Shown in pieces: positions 26,479 through 39,593 of a stretch of DNA of 64,000 nucleotides. A program made the translations under genes and the position numbers. The DNA lies in contig JAHLWZ010000470.1 in assembly GCA_020536535.1 (NCBI GenBank), positions 62,001 through 126,000 on the forward strand, given 5' to 3'. How positions within the stretch are numbered: position 1 is the stretch's first letter; the number at the start of each line of letters is the position of its first letter. Origin of the DNA: Pelomyxa schiedti (Eukaryota; Protista; Evosea). The notes beneath the pieces were generated by a model. It did not search any database and had not been told where the DNA came from. It saw nothing but the letters and a program-made list of their open reading frames with translations.

Positions 26479-28399
26479 TCAAGATGATAGGGAGGAGAGG
26501 AGGGCTGTGGTGTATGTTTGAACAGCTTCCTGCAGACGTGCACAGAGAGCGGCAGTGGCACTGGAGTTATGTATCTGATTGGGGGTCAGCTGGAAGATGA
26601 ATGGGTTTTTTTCCGGGCAAACCATTTGTTCTAGAATAGCTTCATGCTGTTTATTGACTTCGGAAGTAGCTGTTCGAAACTGTGACGTGGTAAGACCACT
26701 GGGTAGAGATTGCTTAGTCACATACTTGCTCAGTTTCAGCAATTAACATGCTCTCTTCTTTACTCACCACTTCTTGAAAAGCCTTTAAATCAGCGTCCAT
26801 CTTCTCAAAATTTGCCTGTCCAATTGGTTTTTGATTGAGGAAAAGGAATGATGTTGATCAGAACACACCAGCTGTTGGTTGTGGAGCTCTTCCAATTTTG
26901 CAACTTTCTCGGAGAGAGATGTACATGTTGCGTTCGCATGTTCAATCTCAGAATCAATTTCCACAAGGGAGGAAGCGGCAGATTCCGAGGAAGCCTTTGC
27001 TTTATTAGCCTCATTTTTGACTTGGGCAAGCTTCTCCATATCATCAGCCACTAGGTTTAGTGCTGTCGAGCACTTGACCAGTTTCTACAGTGAATTAGGG
27101 AAAAAAAAGTTGTGCAGCAGAGTGTACTTTTTCATAGTTATCCAGAACAACCGACAAGGATTTTAGTTCATTGAACTGTCTTTCCGATTCTTGCGTAGCT
27201 TTATTTTCCTTTTCAATGTTTTCCTCAAGTTCTTTCACTGTCTAAAGGATGGGTTAAACTCAGCTAGTAATTGTGTGCTCACTTTTTCAAGTTGTTCAGG
27301 TGGTTCTACAAGTTGGGAACGAAGAATATCAGAACCTTGTTTTGTTGATTTTAACTCAAATTCGATTCGTGACTATTACATAAGTTGGCTAGGAAACAAC
27401 TAGAGAAACTCTTACTAGTTTTTCAGTCAAAGTTTCTTGCTCTGATTTCTTATTTTCTAATTCATCTGTGAGTGCTTGTTGCTTTATATGCTGAGCCAGC
27501 ACTTCAGTTTCCAGATTGCATAATTTTTTTTGTTGCTCCTCAACCTGAGACTTGAACTGCTCTATTTTCTTTCTATCAAGGATTAATAAGCAACAGTGTG
27601 TTAAGAGGCAAACACAATAGGGAAGCTCTTTCTTTTTCGGCAGAATCCAGTTCTGTTCTGAGTGCTTCCATCTGTAATTCAGCTGTTTCCTGGATTTACT
27701 GCATGATCTAATGCCCATTTCCCAAACCACCACAACAGGCAAATGAACATAAAAAAATGCTCAAGGAATAGTTACAATTGCATATAAACTGTCTGTGAAC
27801 TTTGCACGTGGCTCATCCATGTATTTCATGCAGTTTATAAATGCAGAAAACATCTGTCTCATTTTTTGAGGGTGTGGGGTAGTGAAGTCCACAGTCGGAT
27901 CAAAATCGTTATAGCCGCACTTCTGGCAAAGGTCCATCCTGAAAGTCTTAGGTAAAAGAAAACGAAAGCTGTTCCTACACATGATTCTGAAAAGTAATTT
28001 CTGCCACAGAGTCGCTAGGCAGACTTAAGAAAAAAGGGGGGGCCAGATGCATAACAAACCGGAGGAGGTCTGGTGGCAACCCTGTGGCTTTAAGTACATT
28101 CCAATCTGGCTCTCTCAGTTCCTCCATGTCTATGCCAAGTATTTGCTTCAATACGCATTCACACACACCCCTTACAATCTTTTGGTTTGTTTTGGAATCA
28201 AAGGCCAACAAAGAAAAAGCAGTACTTCTCCAGTGGGAGCCCCAATGTCGTGTTCAGAGTAAGGCATTCGCAGCCTCTTGAGCACATTGGTGATATCAGA
28301 AACAGACAACACCTGGAACGTATACGTCCCCACACCCATCACCGGACCTTCCACTACACTCACACTACTTGACGTGCTGGTGGTGTGCTGAGTGGCCAT
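26479..28399 (-). CDS. NUF2: Kinetochore protein Nuf2 (Ndc80 complex)
   Basis: N-terminal 'YTFQVLSVSDITNVL', CH-domain 'CGYNDFD..DFTTPHPQKMRQMFSAFINCMKY', followed by long coiled-coil exons. Confidence 0.78.
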
Positions 28400-28575
28400 T
28401 TGTTTAGTTTTTTTATAATTGTTTTTGTCATTTCAGAGATCTGGAGAAACGCATGGCGTTTGGCAGGACAAAATTGATCGTAATAATGTGTCATTCCTAT
28501 GACACTAGTGCCCTGGCAGATGTGTTGGGAGTTGTCAAACGGATCTGAGTCATTTTTCACTCTTAAAGTCACGTG

Positions 28576-29511
28576 ATGAAGGCGTATGTGCGGACCCCCG
28601 TCAGGCAAACACCCAAGCAAAACAAGAACCACAACGGAACTGCGCAAGTGAAACCCAATGCACCCGTTGTATCACAGTGGCAACAGGGCTGGCTGTTTTG
28701 GCTGTTTTCTGTTACGTTTCATGCCGTATCTCTCGGAGTCATTTGTGTGTGTTTGAACACCTTGAGCCAGTTCAGCTTCACTTACGGCAGCACTCTCGTG
28801 TGCGTGATTTACACTTTTGTTCATGCCGTAGGAAAATATGCCTACATCCTTGCATTGACCCACTACAAGATACTATTGGGCAACTTGGCTTCAATTTTCT
28901 TTCTTTGGCCTCGCTGTTGTGTGTAACTTGACCCCGAGAATATTAGTACCAGATGAAATCAGCCCTCGAGGATGGCTCCACGAGTTTTTATTGAGATTAA
29001 CAACCTCCTCATCTCTTGCTACGTGTATTATTTTTATGGTGCGCGATTTGAGATTCAATCTCTGTTCACTCCATGACAGATCCAGTATTTTATGAAGAAT
29101 GATGTCTTCTCCTCCAACGATCCCCGGATTGTACTAGGCATTAACGTGCTTGCACCACTTCTTGTTCTACTGGAAAGCATCTTGATGAATCACTCTCGCC
29201 TGCCACTCACATTTGGTGCCCTTTTCGAGGACGCTTTCCTAAACGTAAGTATCACTCTCCCCAAAGCCATACCTTTCACGGTTAAATAACAGATAACGTG
29301 CGGCACATTGTACGTCGGTCGAATTGTATACAGACATGCCTTCGAGCAACGGAACTACCCTTACCCAATCCTCAACTCCCGCCCACCAATTGAAGTTGCT
29401 GGCATCTGTGCCGCAGCCTTGTCCATTTGCTGGCTCGTTTCTCTGCTCTTCAATCTCCTCTGCCCAAGACTGAACAGCTACCGGGCACTCCGCAAAGCCA
29501 AGAAGACCTGA
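28576..29511 (+). CDS. Multi-pass membrane protein, probably FAR-17a/AIG1/ADTRP-like
   Basis: Several TM segments; 'GKY..LTHY', 'PLLVLLE..L..H', 'YPYPIL' resemble the AIG1 family. Confidence 0.45.
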
Positions 29512-29706
29512 CCGGCCATTCACGTGGGCACGGCGTTACCTTTTGTCTCATATTGTGAGAAAGAGAGTCTTCCTGTTGTTTATCATCGGACTTCAATTCC
29601 GCAAAAATCATCCATCGGATGAAAAAAGGCGAGACAGCGCGTTTCCTTTTTCCTCTCTTCGGCAAACAAACAAAAAACAAAAACCCAGTGATCGAAGCAC
29701 ACAGAC

Positions 29707-32485
29707 ATGAAGAGTTGGTGGTCGCAAGCGGCAGCGCAGGCCAGTAAATTTGGAATTGCTATTCCAACTGGTGACTCCAAGTCACACGAATCGCAGGACG
29801 AAAACAGTGCGTTACTTGTTGTCCCCTTGAAATTATTGGGGAAAACCTACCCTTCTTTTGCGTGCATTTATACGCGTAAAAACAATGTCTCTTTAGTAGT
29901 GTTTGGTGTATTGTATTCTGTACTGATTCTGTTACATAAGTATCCATTACTGTCAAGTCAGTTTCACTGGCTTCTTCGGGGTCATCCAATCCCCCACCAC
30001 CCCCACCAAAACCCGCTGGATTGAATAATAGTATGGGATTGGCACCCGCTTCACCAGGCGGGGGCCCAACGATGGGACTGCCTCCTCCTCCCTCAAACTA
30101 CCCAGATCAACATAGTGAGAACCTTTTATATACCTTTCCGTTTGACTAATTTTCCCCCCTCTCAGCAGTGTCACCGGCCCGCCCACAGCTGACACGTCAG
30201 GAAAGTGCCAGAGTTATGGTACCGGAACCTACAATTACGCCTGATATGGATGCGGAAACTGTAGCCATTCTGCGAAAGAGATATGAGGAAGACTTGTGCG
30301 CCCAACCAAATTTTACTGTTCCTTCTAACACTGTTTCTAGACGTCGAGCAGAACAAAAAGCAATGCTCAGAAGAAAAGCTGATGAACTCGAAAATGAGCA
30401 TAAAATGGAGCTGGTACGTCGAGAAGCCGAAGACAGGAAAAGAAAGTATGCAGGAAAATATGTACCTTGAAAGTAAGGCAATTATCCTCTAGGGCAGATT
30501 TTGACCATGTGCTGTTGGAAGTGGAGGACAAACTAAAGAAATTACAGCAAAGTGCTGAACAAGAAGCAAAAGAAAGAGGTTACCCACTATTCCAAACAGG
30601 GTGATGGTATTTAACTCTGAGCCGATTATAGAGCGAAAGCAACAAGAACTTCGGTTACGTGAAGCTGAGCGCGTTAAACAAATGAATGCATCTAAGCATC
30701 ATGAGTGTGATGTTACAGAAGGTGCAGAGCGAACTCAAATACAACACAAGAGGCAAAATGAAGATAGAGAGCGCCAAGAGAAAAGGGAACAGTGGAGGAG
30801 AGAGGAGGAAGAGCGCATGCGTCGTGAGCATGAAGCAAGACTCAAAGCCCAAGAAGAGCGCGAGCGCCAAGAATTCGAGGTACTTGGCCATTGGTCTGGT
30901 TTTATTTCATCTTTTTCAGGTTATCCAACAACAAAGGCGGGATGAAGACAAGAGGCTGGAAGATAAATTTGCCTCTGCACGAAAAGCAGAATTAGAACGA
31001 GTGGCATCAGAGGCATCAACAAGACAAAAGCAATTTGAAGACTCAGAAAGAGCGGAAGCAAGCGAGAAGGCAGTGGAGCTCGAGAAAGCTAAAAATGCAA
31101 TTCTTCACCACCGACATGAACTGGAGGAAAAAGAGAGCAATGATATTCTAAACATCAAGAAAACTCGAGAAGCCTCTGATCTGGAATGGGCCGAGGGCGT
31201 AGCCAAAGTCAAAAGAGACAGAGAAGATATAGAGCGTATGGAACTAAAAGAGAGGGTACGTAGACAACAAGAGGATATTGAACGAATGGAAGCCAAAGAA
31301 AGAGCTGAACGTGAGACTGCAGACAGGAAGAGAAGGTAGTACACATTGTATGTGAGAAAATTAAGTTTTTACGATGTAGAGAGCAACTTGAACGTGTGCG
31401 GAGGGAGCAAGAGCAGCTTGAACGTCAGGAAGTAGAAGAACAAGAAAGAAGAGAGAAAGAAGATAGAGACAGGCAGCTTCTTAAGGAACGAATTGCTACT
31501 GGTGTTTTATCTGGCAATACCACTTCTAATAGTGAGGTACCCGTTGTGATTCCACCGAAACCAGCAGCACTTTCCCAACCAATGAATGTGAGTTATCTTG
31601 TCCCCTGTATTTTTTCACATGCATATTTCAGGAACCAAAAACGCCGACACCTCCAAATAAACCAGCCTTTTCTGTAGCAGTACTTCCTCCCCTTCCAAAT
31701 GCCACGCCAGCAAGAACCCCCTCCCCACCAACAACTTCAATTTCACTTGCCACACCCAACTCTGGTGCTCCTGCAAAGAAGCTACCAGTGCCACCACCCA
31801 AACCGGTACGCCTGTGAGATGCTCACTTCCCAACAACTAACATTTTCTAGATGGACTCACCTGAAGTGGTTCATTCCCCTCCAACACCCACACCTGTATT
31901 ATCACCAGTATCACAACCTCTACCCACAACACCAGCAACCCCCACCCCACAGCCAACAGAAGCCAAGCTCAAGGCAGGGGGCGCTCCTGGAGGTATTACC
32001 CAAGTTATGCTTCTTTGATCACACTCACACCGTGTCAGGATTCAACGTTGCCATTATCACGCCCGAACAAAAGCAGCAGTATGCCGCGTTGTTTGCAAAA
32101 GCCGATATAGACAAAGATGGATATCTCAATGGTAATTTTCATTTTTTTTTTAAAAAAAAACCTCACACTCTATAGGACAGGAGGGCAAGGCATTCTTCGC
32201 TAAATCGAAATTACCATTTGAGCTGCTTGGTAGTATTTGGTATGCACTTTTCACCTAGAAGGTGTTCCCTTCCTTAAACACCTTCAGGAGAATGGCCGAT
32301 TTTGATGGTGACAAGAAACTCAATCCAAGTGAGTTTGCAGTTGCCATGCACTTAGTTTACAAGTTGAGTTCCGTTCCATTCCATTCCACTTTTATTAACG
32401 TTACAATCCCAGTTGCTTGCATCACCACAACGACTTACCGCAAAGCATCCCCGAGTCCCTAAAACAATCAGCCATGTCTTCCTAA
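29707..32485 (+). CDS. Coiled-coil/proline-rich protein with C-terminal EH (Eps15 homology) domain; endocytic adaptor-like
   Basis: Long E/R/K charged helix, Pro-rich linker, EH 'ITPEQKQQYAALFAKADIDKDGYLNG.EGKAFFAKSKLPFELLGSIWRMADFDGDKKLNPSEFAVAMHLV..LPQSIPESL'. Confidence 0.85.
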
Positions 32486-32589
32486 ACCCCCTCCTATCCT
32501 TTCTAAATCGCTTTCTAAAAACTCTAGCTATTCATCTAAGCTTCTTGTCTGTTTTTTTTAACGTCTTCGTTCAAAACCCCACGAAGACG

Positions 32590-34380
32590 ATGAGTGGCAG
32601 AGGCGTAGATTACGACAAATTGAGGGAACTGCGTAGATCCATTCACGAACAGCCTAGATTAGCGTCATGTGAGGGCGATACGTGTGACACTGTGTTGTCG
32701 TTTCTCAGTCTGTCTCATGCAGACCCACCAGCGGTTTTTTTTCCCCCCCATTTGGTGTTGGAGTGTTGGGCAACAACTCATTGATTGATTGATTCATTCA
32801 TTCGTGGATTGATTTCCTGCACAAAGGGAGTCCATGTGGTGAAGAATATGGGAAAATCTGGATTGGCTATCATTTTTGATGGGGTGGAGGCTGGCCCATG
32901 TGTTTGTTTGAGGGCGGATTTGGATGCTTTGCCCATTTCTGAAGAACACATGCGGGACAGACTTCCATATACCTCTAAGGTTAAGGCCTTTTAGCTCAGT
33001 GAAAGGGAGATACATAACACTAACGTATCAGGTACCTGGAGTTTCTCACAAATGCGGTGAGCTCACTCCCTTTTTTACCCCCCGTCTTGGTTCTCTTCTT
33101 TTAACCCCGCTCAATCATATGTTCTCCCCAAATTCAGGTCATGATGGGCACACAACCATTCTTTGTGGCGTTGCTCAGAGCTTACTGGAAAGCCCGCCAA
33201 GGCGTGGAAAAGGTGTCCTTCACACTCTTTTTCTTTCATCTTCTTTTTAGCTTATCACCTGGGAACAGTCGTTCTTCTCTTTCAACCTGCTGAGGAGAGA
33301 GGTTATGGGGCTCGGCAAGTAATACAGGATCCCCGTTGGAAATCTCACATAAATCCGTCCTTCATGTGTGCGAGTATCTCCTTAGCACCTTAATTACATC
33401 AAAAACAAGGTTCGGACTGCACAATTTACCTACCTTTGAGAAGCATGCCATCGTTTCTCGAAATGGTATCTTTGCCTCCGCTTCCACTGGTCTTACTGCC
33501 GAGTTCTCCGGGCAGTCTTCTCATGCATCACATCCTGAGGAGGTACAGTTTCTAAACCACTTCTCCCTGTAACCTTCGCAACTCACTCCTAGGGGCGCTC
33601 TCCGGCAATAGCAGTTGCCGCCACCGTTATGCAGTTACTTTCTATCCCTCCTTGCTTTACGGAATTTGGCAATGCCGCTTTAATTACTGTCGTACATAGT
33701 TCTGTTGGCGTTAAGGTGGTATCCATTTCTAAAACTTTGCTGTTGACTTCCTGTAGGACGCTTTTGGCACGAGTCCCGGTGGCGGGATTGTGCAGTGCAC
33801 ACTTAGGAGTCATTCCAACGGCGACATGCACAAATTGAGGGAGCAATCTGAGAAAGTAATCTCTACCACTTCTTCATGCTACAACTTAACCTCCAGTGTG
33901 AGGTAATATCCACACACACAAAAATTTACATCACTGACATTCCTTTCCAGCTACACTGACGAGTTTGATGCCTTACAGAATGACTCCAACTGCGTGGACA
34001 TGATTGTGGCTGCCTCCAAACAATGTGGTCTCAAGTCCATCAATCAGCCAATACCCATGCCGTGGTCAGAAGACTTCGCTCAATACACGTATCCCTCCCC
34101 ATCCCAACACAACGAAACGCCAAGGGGCACAAACTCTGATTCCCACAGGTCACTCTGTCCATGTGGCTTCTTCTGTGTTGGAATGGGTAACTCAGCACCA
34201 CTCCATGCCCCCGATTACGACTTTGATGACGACTTGGTGAGCTGCCACCCATCATAAACTCTTCTTCTTTACACTCAAACAACCCACCCACCCACCCACC
34301 CAACCCTTTGTTTCTCACAACAAACAACGAAGATCATGACCGGCGTAAGAATGTTCCTGGCTCTTTTGGCTGCTTTTTGA
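32590..34380 (+). CDS. M20D family amidohydrolase (hippurate/IAA-amino-acid hydrolase-like)
   Basis: 'LRRSIHEQPRL', 'LRADLDALPI', 'SHKCGHDGH', 'LFQPAEE', 'FGLHNLP', 'GQSSHASHPE', 'SEDFAQY', 'LHAPDYDFDD'. Confidence 0.92.
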
Positions 34381-34491
34381 TTTTGACAGCTGACACTACA
34401 ACCCTGCTTGCCAGCAGATCCAATCTATCTCCTATCTGCTGGTTTTGGATTTTTAATAAAAAGACAAAACTTGTTAATTAAGGTGGCAACA

Positions 34492-36172
34492 ATGTGGGGT
34501 ATGCCAAGAATGGGCAGTTACTACGGCTCGTGGGGTGGTGTCGGAAGCTACAGCGAGATGCCGGCGCCGTCGAGCTCGGGGGGGTCTTCGTCTTCCTCCC
34601 CCTCGTCGGCGTCGGACACTGCAGGCAAGACGGCGGTCAAGTCAAAGGCATCGGGGGCCGCCCCAGCCGCAGCGGCAGCCGCCGCCTCCTCCTCCGCGGT
34701 CGGCTCGTCCCCGCCGTCTCCGTCTCCTTCGCCGTCTCCGTCGCCCCCTTCCTCCCGCTCGTACATGTCGTCCGCAGCGGCGACGCCCCCGCCGTCTTCA
34801 TTATCACACTGGGGACGACCCATGGGACCTCCTGCGCTGCCTCCGCCGTCGTCCTCGTCTTCTTCGTCTTCTTCGTCTTCATCGTCGTCGTCGAAGCACG
34901 GCGGCGGTGGTATCTCGTCATCGTCGGCGGCGGCGGCGGCGGCGTCGAAGGAACGCCCGCGCGAGATTGGGTCAAATCACGCGTCGCATTCCCATCCTCA
35001 TGCTCATTCTCACTCGCCGCCGGAGGAGGAGGAGGAGATACTGGCGGGGAAGAAGAGGCCTGCTGCCAGCTTGCTCAAGAAAACTGGTTCAAACAAGCAT
35101 GGTGAGGCTGATGCTGATGATGACAGTGATGACGGCGACGAGGATGATGCCGGCTATGGCAAGGAGAAAGAGGGAGTGGTGAATAGGCCGAAAATCAGGA
35201 AGTCGCTGCTGTCTCAGAGGGAGCGGGAGCGGGACATATTTCAGGTTGTGCTAGTGGATACACCCAGACCGGTAAAGCCAATCCTTAGGCTGTCTTGTAT
35301 GTCGCCCCCACTTGCAATTTAACTTATCTCGTAATTTTCGCCTTGTGGGATAATTTCTAACTGTTCAATTTTTTCCTCTCTGCTTTCTCTCTGCTCGAGT
35401 ACAGCCAAGGAAGTATCTCTTACTTGCAGGAAGGTATTTACTTGGTTTTTGAGTCACACACTATGTTATTAAAGCCGGCAATCAACATCGATTAGGCCTA
35501 TATGTTGTCCAGGAAACGTGAAGGAGAGCACCAAGTTCGTGTAGAGGAGGCAATTAATGAGGTTGAAGAACCAGAGGAAGAGGAGGGAGAGGGAGAGGGG
35601 GAGGAGGAACCGGCAGAAAAAGAAAAAGGGTCTGAGGTAGAAAAAAAGTCGTCTCACAGTAAAAGGTATCTCGCTCTGACACCCTACCTTTTTGAATGAC
35701 ATTCATTTTCGTAGTAGAAAACCAAGCAAACCAGGGCTCATTCCTGAGGTCTGTACTTGGAATAGTGGTTGTACATAAACTAACCGTTCGTATAGAACAT
35801 TTTGGAGGAGCTTAGCACACCACAACATACTTTTTTAACCGGCCTTCTTATGGATCAACTGAAAGAGAAGCTTAGGTATGAGCTTACCTCCTCCGTACTT
35901 ACAGTTGACTCTGCTATAGGTCAAACGAATGCAGTGTCATTGGTTGCAAGGCAGATCTCCAAAGGCGCGTTGCTTTCAACTTCATACATGGAACTGCACC
36001 CCATTGCCCTAAATGCACTGCTCTTACTAAACGCACAGCGACAGGTTTCCTCTTCACTTGGTTAAATTGTAGTGACACTTCTCCAGACAAATTCCACTGC
36101 CGTAAACACTGCAAGGCACACCACCTCAAATCAGTTCCGTGGAAAGTGCTCCCTGCAACTGACCCCCTCTAG
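34492..36172 (+). CDS. Low-complexity (Ser/Pro/Ala, acidic) protein with a C-terminal Cys/His-rich putative zinc-binding module
   Basis: GC-rich first exon with poly-S/A/P tracts and KKRP NLS-like motif; last exon reads 'ECSVIGC...HCPKC...C...HCRKHCKAHH'. Confidence 0.5.
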
Positions 36173-36353
36173 CTTTCGTGCCTGCTTGACTGTACTCCTA
36201 GCACCAAAAATTCTTAATTCTTTATTCCTTGTGCCATGCAGAAATTCATGGGCATAGTTCGAAAAAATCAATTTCTTTTGTGAAGATTTTTCAAACACAC
36301 CCAACATTTTTTGCACACGGAATTTACAAATGATGCTGAAAGGGCAGACGGGA

Positions 36354-39018
36354 TCAATCCAGAACAACCAAAGAACCTTTTTTCCGCCAGTGTTCCCTGA
36401 GAGGAAACTTGAATGAGCGCTTCATCACCCAGAAATGCTTGAGACGAGACCACAGGTGGAAATCACCCACCATAAGGAGCAACAATACGGCAAAGAGAAC
36501 AACAAGCATCGGCGCAAAGGCCTGTGAGAAGTTAGTCAAGTATACCTATCAGACTGCAAAAACTTTACCTCCAGATAGAACTTGATCCTTCTAGATCCCT
36601 GCAACTTGAGGCACAGCAGAATCTCAATGGTGATGAAAGGTGATGACGCCACAAAAACCATTGTGGTCATGAGAAGGCCTGACCGGAACCAACTTGGGTT
36701 CCTTAAGGAAAATTAGCATCGAGGGGACTCTGCGGCTATAAAACTAACTGGTAGAAGTGTGGGTCACATAATGTGAAAGCCGATACAAAAGCGCCAATAT
36801 CTATTAGCCACAGGGGGGAAAACACTGCCCAAGAGCTCCACTGCATGATGCCTTGTAATCTGAGTAAAGAGAACACCTAAAAAGAAAAAATTAAACGGGA
36901 AAAAAGATCCACGGGACGATACCAAGAAAAAGAAGAGGGCACCTGTGCAACCAGCCAAAAACATTTTCAGAACTTTGTTCTCAAGTTCCTTGACAACTAT
37001 CTCGCGAACGAAAATGAAGGCTAGTAGGGAATTTGCAGCAAAAAGTGGTGTAAACGTGAAAAATAATCCGTATACAAAGGCATCAACCTAAAACTGAATG
37101 AAAAGAACAAAGATGAACTGGTGAAATACCTCAAGACTTATACAAGCAAATGGCGGGAACAGAGTCATTACAATGGTGAGAGCGAACCACACTGTACACT
37201 CGATCTTGGCCATTTAGATATGAAGAAGTAATGACTAATTATACTTTATCGTCACTGAAGCAAGAGCAGAACAAGTTGATCCATCCAAATAGACAGCGTG
37301 ACATAAATTCCTTGTCCATAAAGTCTCTCACAAAAAAATACCACCACAGCGCCGTGGAGCCAAGAACCATTATCGTGAGCAGCCAGCAAGGTATAAGAAC
37401 AAGACCCCTGGAAAAGGTCAGTTTCTTGAAGACCATCACTTCAACATGTGAGAGTAATACCAGTTCCAGTCTATGAACTGATCCATCTTCAAGACAACAA
37501 AACACCCAAGAAGGAGCCACAATATCACACTCGCATAATCGACGAGTGGAGAATTGAAAAGCCTCAGAAAGAATACAAACTTGTAGGAAACCATTTCCTT
37601 GTGATTCTCAGAAAAAAAAAAGTGTTCTAAGGGAAAACCTGTAGGTCCAGAATTTTCTCTTCAAATAAGAAGTTCAACTTCGATTGATGTGAGTAATTGC
37701 TTGAATTTATTCTTTATCCCTTACTTGTTTGTATTCTTCATACTCTTGTTGTTCAGCTTCAGTGGAGCCTTGAACCTGGGGGCAAATATGTCCCAAGAAA
37801 AAATGAAACCAGCTTCTTACCACACGACGTCTATGTGACATCTTCCACTTGCGAATTAGCCACTTTGTCTTGTACAGCTGTTTATAATCTCTGTTTTCCA
37901 TACATATATCAGTTTCCTAAACCAAAAAAATTGTTTTCCTCAAATCGGCCTGGGGAAAAAAAGTACATCAATTTCAGGAGTCAATTCAGCCAAACAGATT
38001 TCTCTCCATAATCTGTGGTCCTCTGATGCATCTCTCCAACGGTGTGACACCAGGGTAACTGGAAAATGATTTGTAAGTGCGAGTGCTTCCTCAGGCAGGA
38101 AAATAACCTGCACAAAGGTCCTGCATCCCTAAAAACGAGAATATAAGCATGCATATTTCGTAAGGTAAAATTTCCAAAGGGTCCTGTCATGTGGTTACTT
38201 TTGATTTTTTTCGAGTTGGATGATACCATGGCATTTCGTAGCCTTCTCCTCTGCTCACAAGAATCTGAGCCATACCTTAAGTGACCTCGTTTTGCAGTCC
38301 GTAGAGATGACGGAGTTGCAGGTGGAGTGAGTGGAATAGCACTCTCCATGGACGGGACCAACTCGTAATTCTGAATTTGCCCAGGGCTTCCCATAGTGAC
38401 TAAAGCGCTACTTGTAGTCGTGGTTGTTGTGCTAGCAGTGGTTGCACCATCACTTTGAGGGTCATTCCCATTCGCATTAGTATTGTGATTACCAGTGCCG
38501 CTCAACGTGGTTTCAACCTCGTCCACGTAGTCATTGTCAGAATCATAATCATCATCAGAGTCCTCATCGCCTCGCCTATGAGAGCAGCCACGTTGGGCTT
38601 TTGAATCGCCATAAATGGAAATTGACTCTAGTGCCATTCTCAGTGAATCCACACTCGGCGGCTGCGGCAGCGAATCAAACACGCCGCGAGCGCGGATTTC
38701 GAACGAACTCCTCTGCGAGCCGTGCGGAGGCGGCGATGGCGACGACGCCTTTGTCGGCGATTGCATGGCGGAGAGGCATCGTCGGGCGGCGCTCGGCGAT
38801 CGCGGCGGCGGCGGAGAGCTACGTGAGGGAGGGGAAGATCTGGGAGCGCCGGGGGGCGACGGAGATGGAGATCTCGATGAGGACGAGGAGGACGACGAAG
38901 GGGATGGCGAATGCGAGGGGATCAAAAGTGCGTGCTCCGCGTAGTCTTCCTCGCCTTCGTCCTCACCACCGACAGTGCTACTTATAAGATTAACCACGGA
39001 ATGAAGGGTGGCGTCCAT
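36354..39018 (-). CDS. Multi-pass membrane protein with disordered N-terminus (TMEM185/TMEM60-like C-terminal half)
   Basis: Large Ser/Pro-rich first exon (37981-39027 ORF), then many hydrophobic exons with 'VLIPCWLL', 'FIAAESPR', 'FAPMLVVLF'; family call tentative. Confidence 0.45.
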
Positions 39019-39132
39019 CGCCACCAATCAAACAAAAATTGTAATTTGTAGTTCAACGGCTTCCAAACAAAACGGGAAAAACACGGGGAGGTTCCGCAAA
39101 CTGTTTGTTACTGTGACCAGAACCCCACGGTG

Positions 39133-39566
39133 ATGCAAACAAACAAACTTCCTCAGATTCACACGGTGTCACTCAGAGTGCCATCCAGGTTCGCTTTTGG
39201 AAAGACCTGGGAAATCCAGGTTGAACACGATCGCCTACAGCTACAGCAAGAAGGACCAAATTTGACAACTTCATCACAAACTCAACTTGTGTTTACAACA
39301 GAGGCCCGGCCAGTGAGGCTGAAAAAAAAAACCAACACGGGCGAATGGGGGAGCAAGATCCCGCTCCCCCGAAGGTTTTTTCGGAAAGGACCACGTGCCT
39401 GTTGGGTATCGAACCCTTCGGGGTGAAGCTTTTCGTCGACCGGGGTCAGGTACCAACCTCACTCGCACAATTTTTTATCCAAGACCTGCTCGTTATGTAC
39501 AGCGAGATGTACCCAAAAACGGGCTTATGGGTCGGGTTTTTTCCGTCTGCTCGCTTTGGTGCTTGA
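39133..39566 (+). CDS. Possible small two-exon orphan gene, or 5' exons of the ankyrin-SAM gene
   Basis: ATG at 39133, GT..AG intron near 39313-39374 joins two open frames in phase; no in-phase splice to the downstream ORF found by eye. Confidence 0.3.
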
Positions 39567-39593
39567 TGTGCGGAAGGAGAATTGGAGAAAAAA

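Noticed and set aside
34494-35182. Long overlapping Arg-rich or hydrophobic ORFs in alternative frames (also 39779-40501, 46245-47198, 19723-20154)
   Set aside because: Shadow ORFs caused by stop-codon scarcity in GC-rich first exons.
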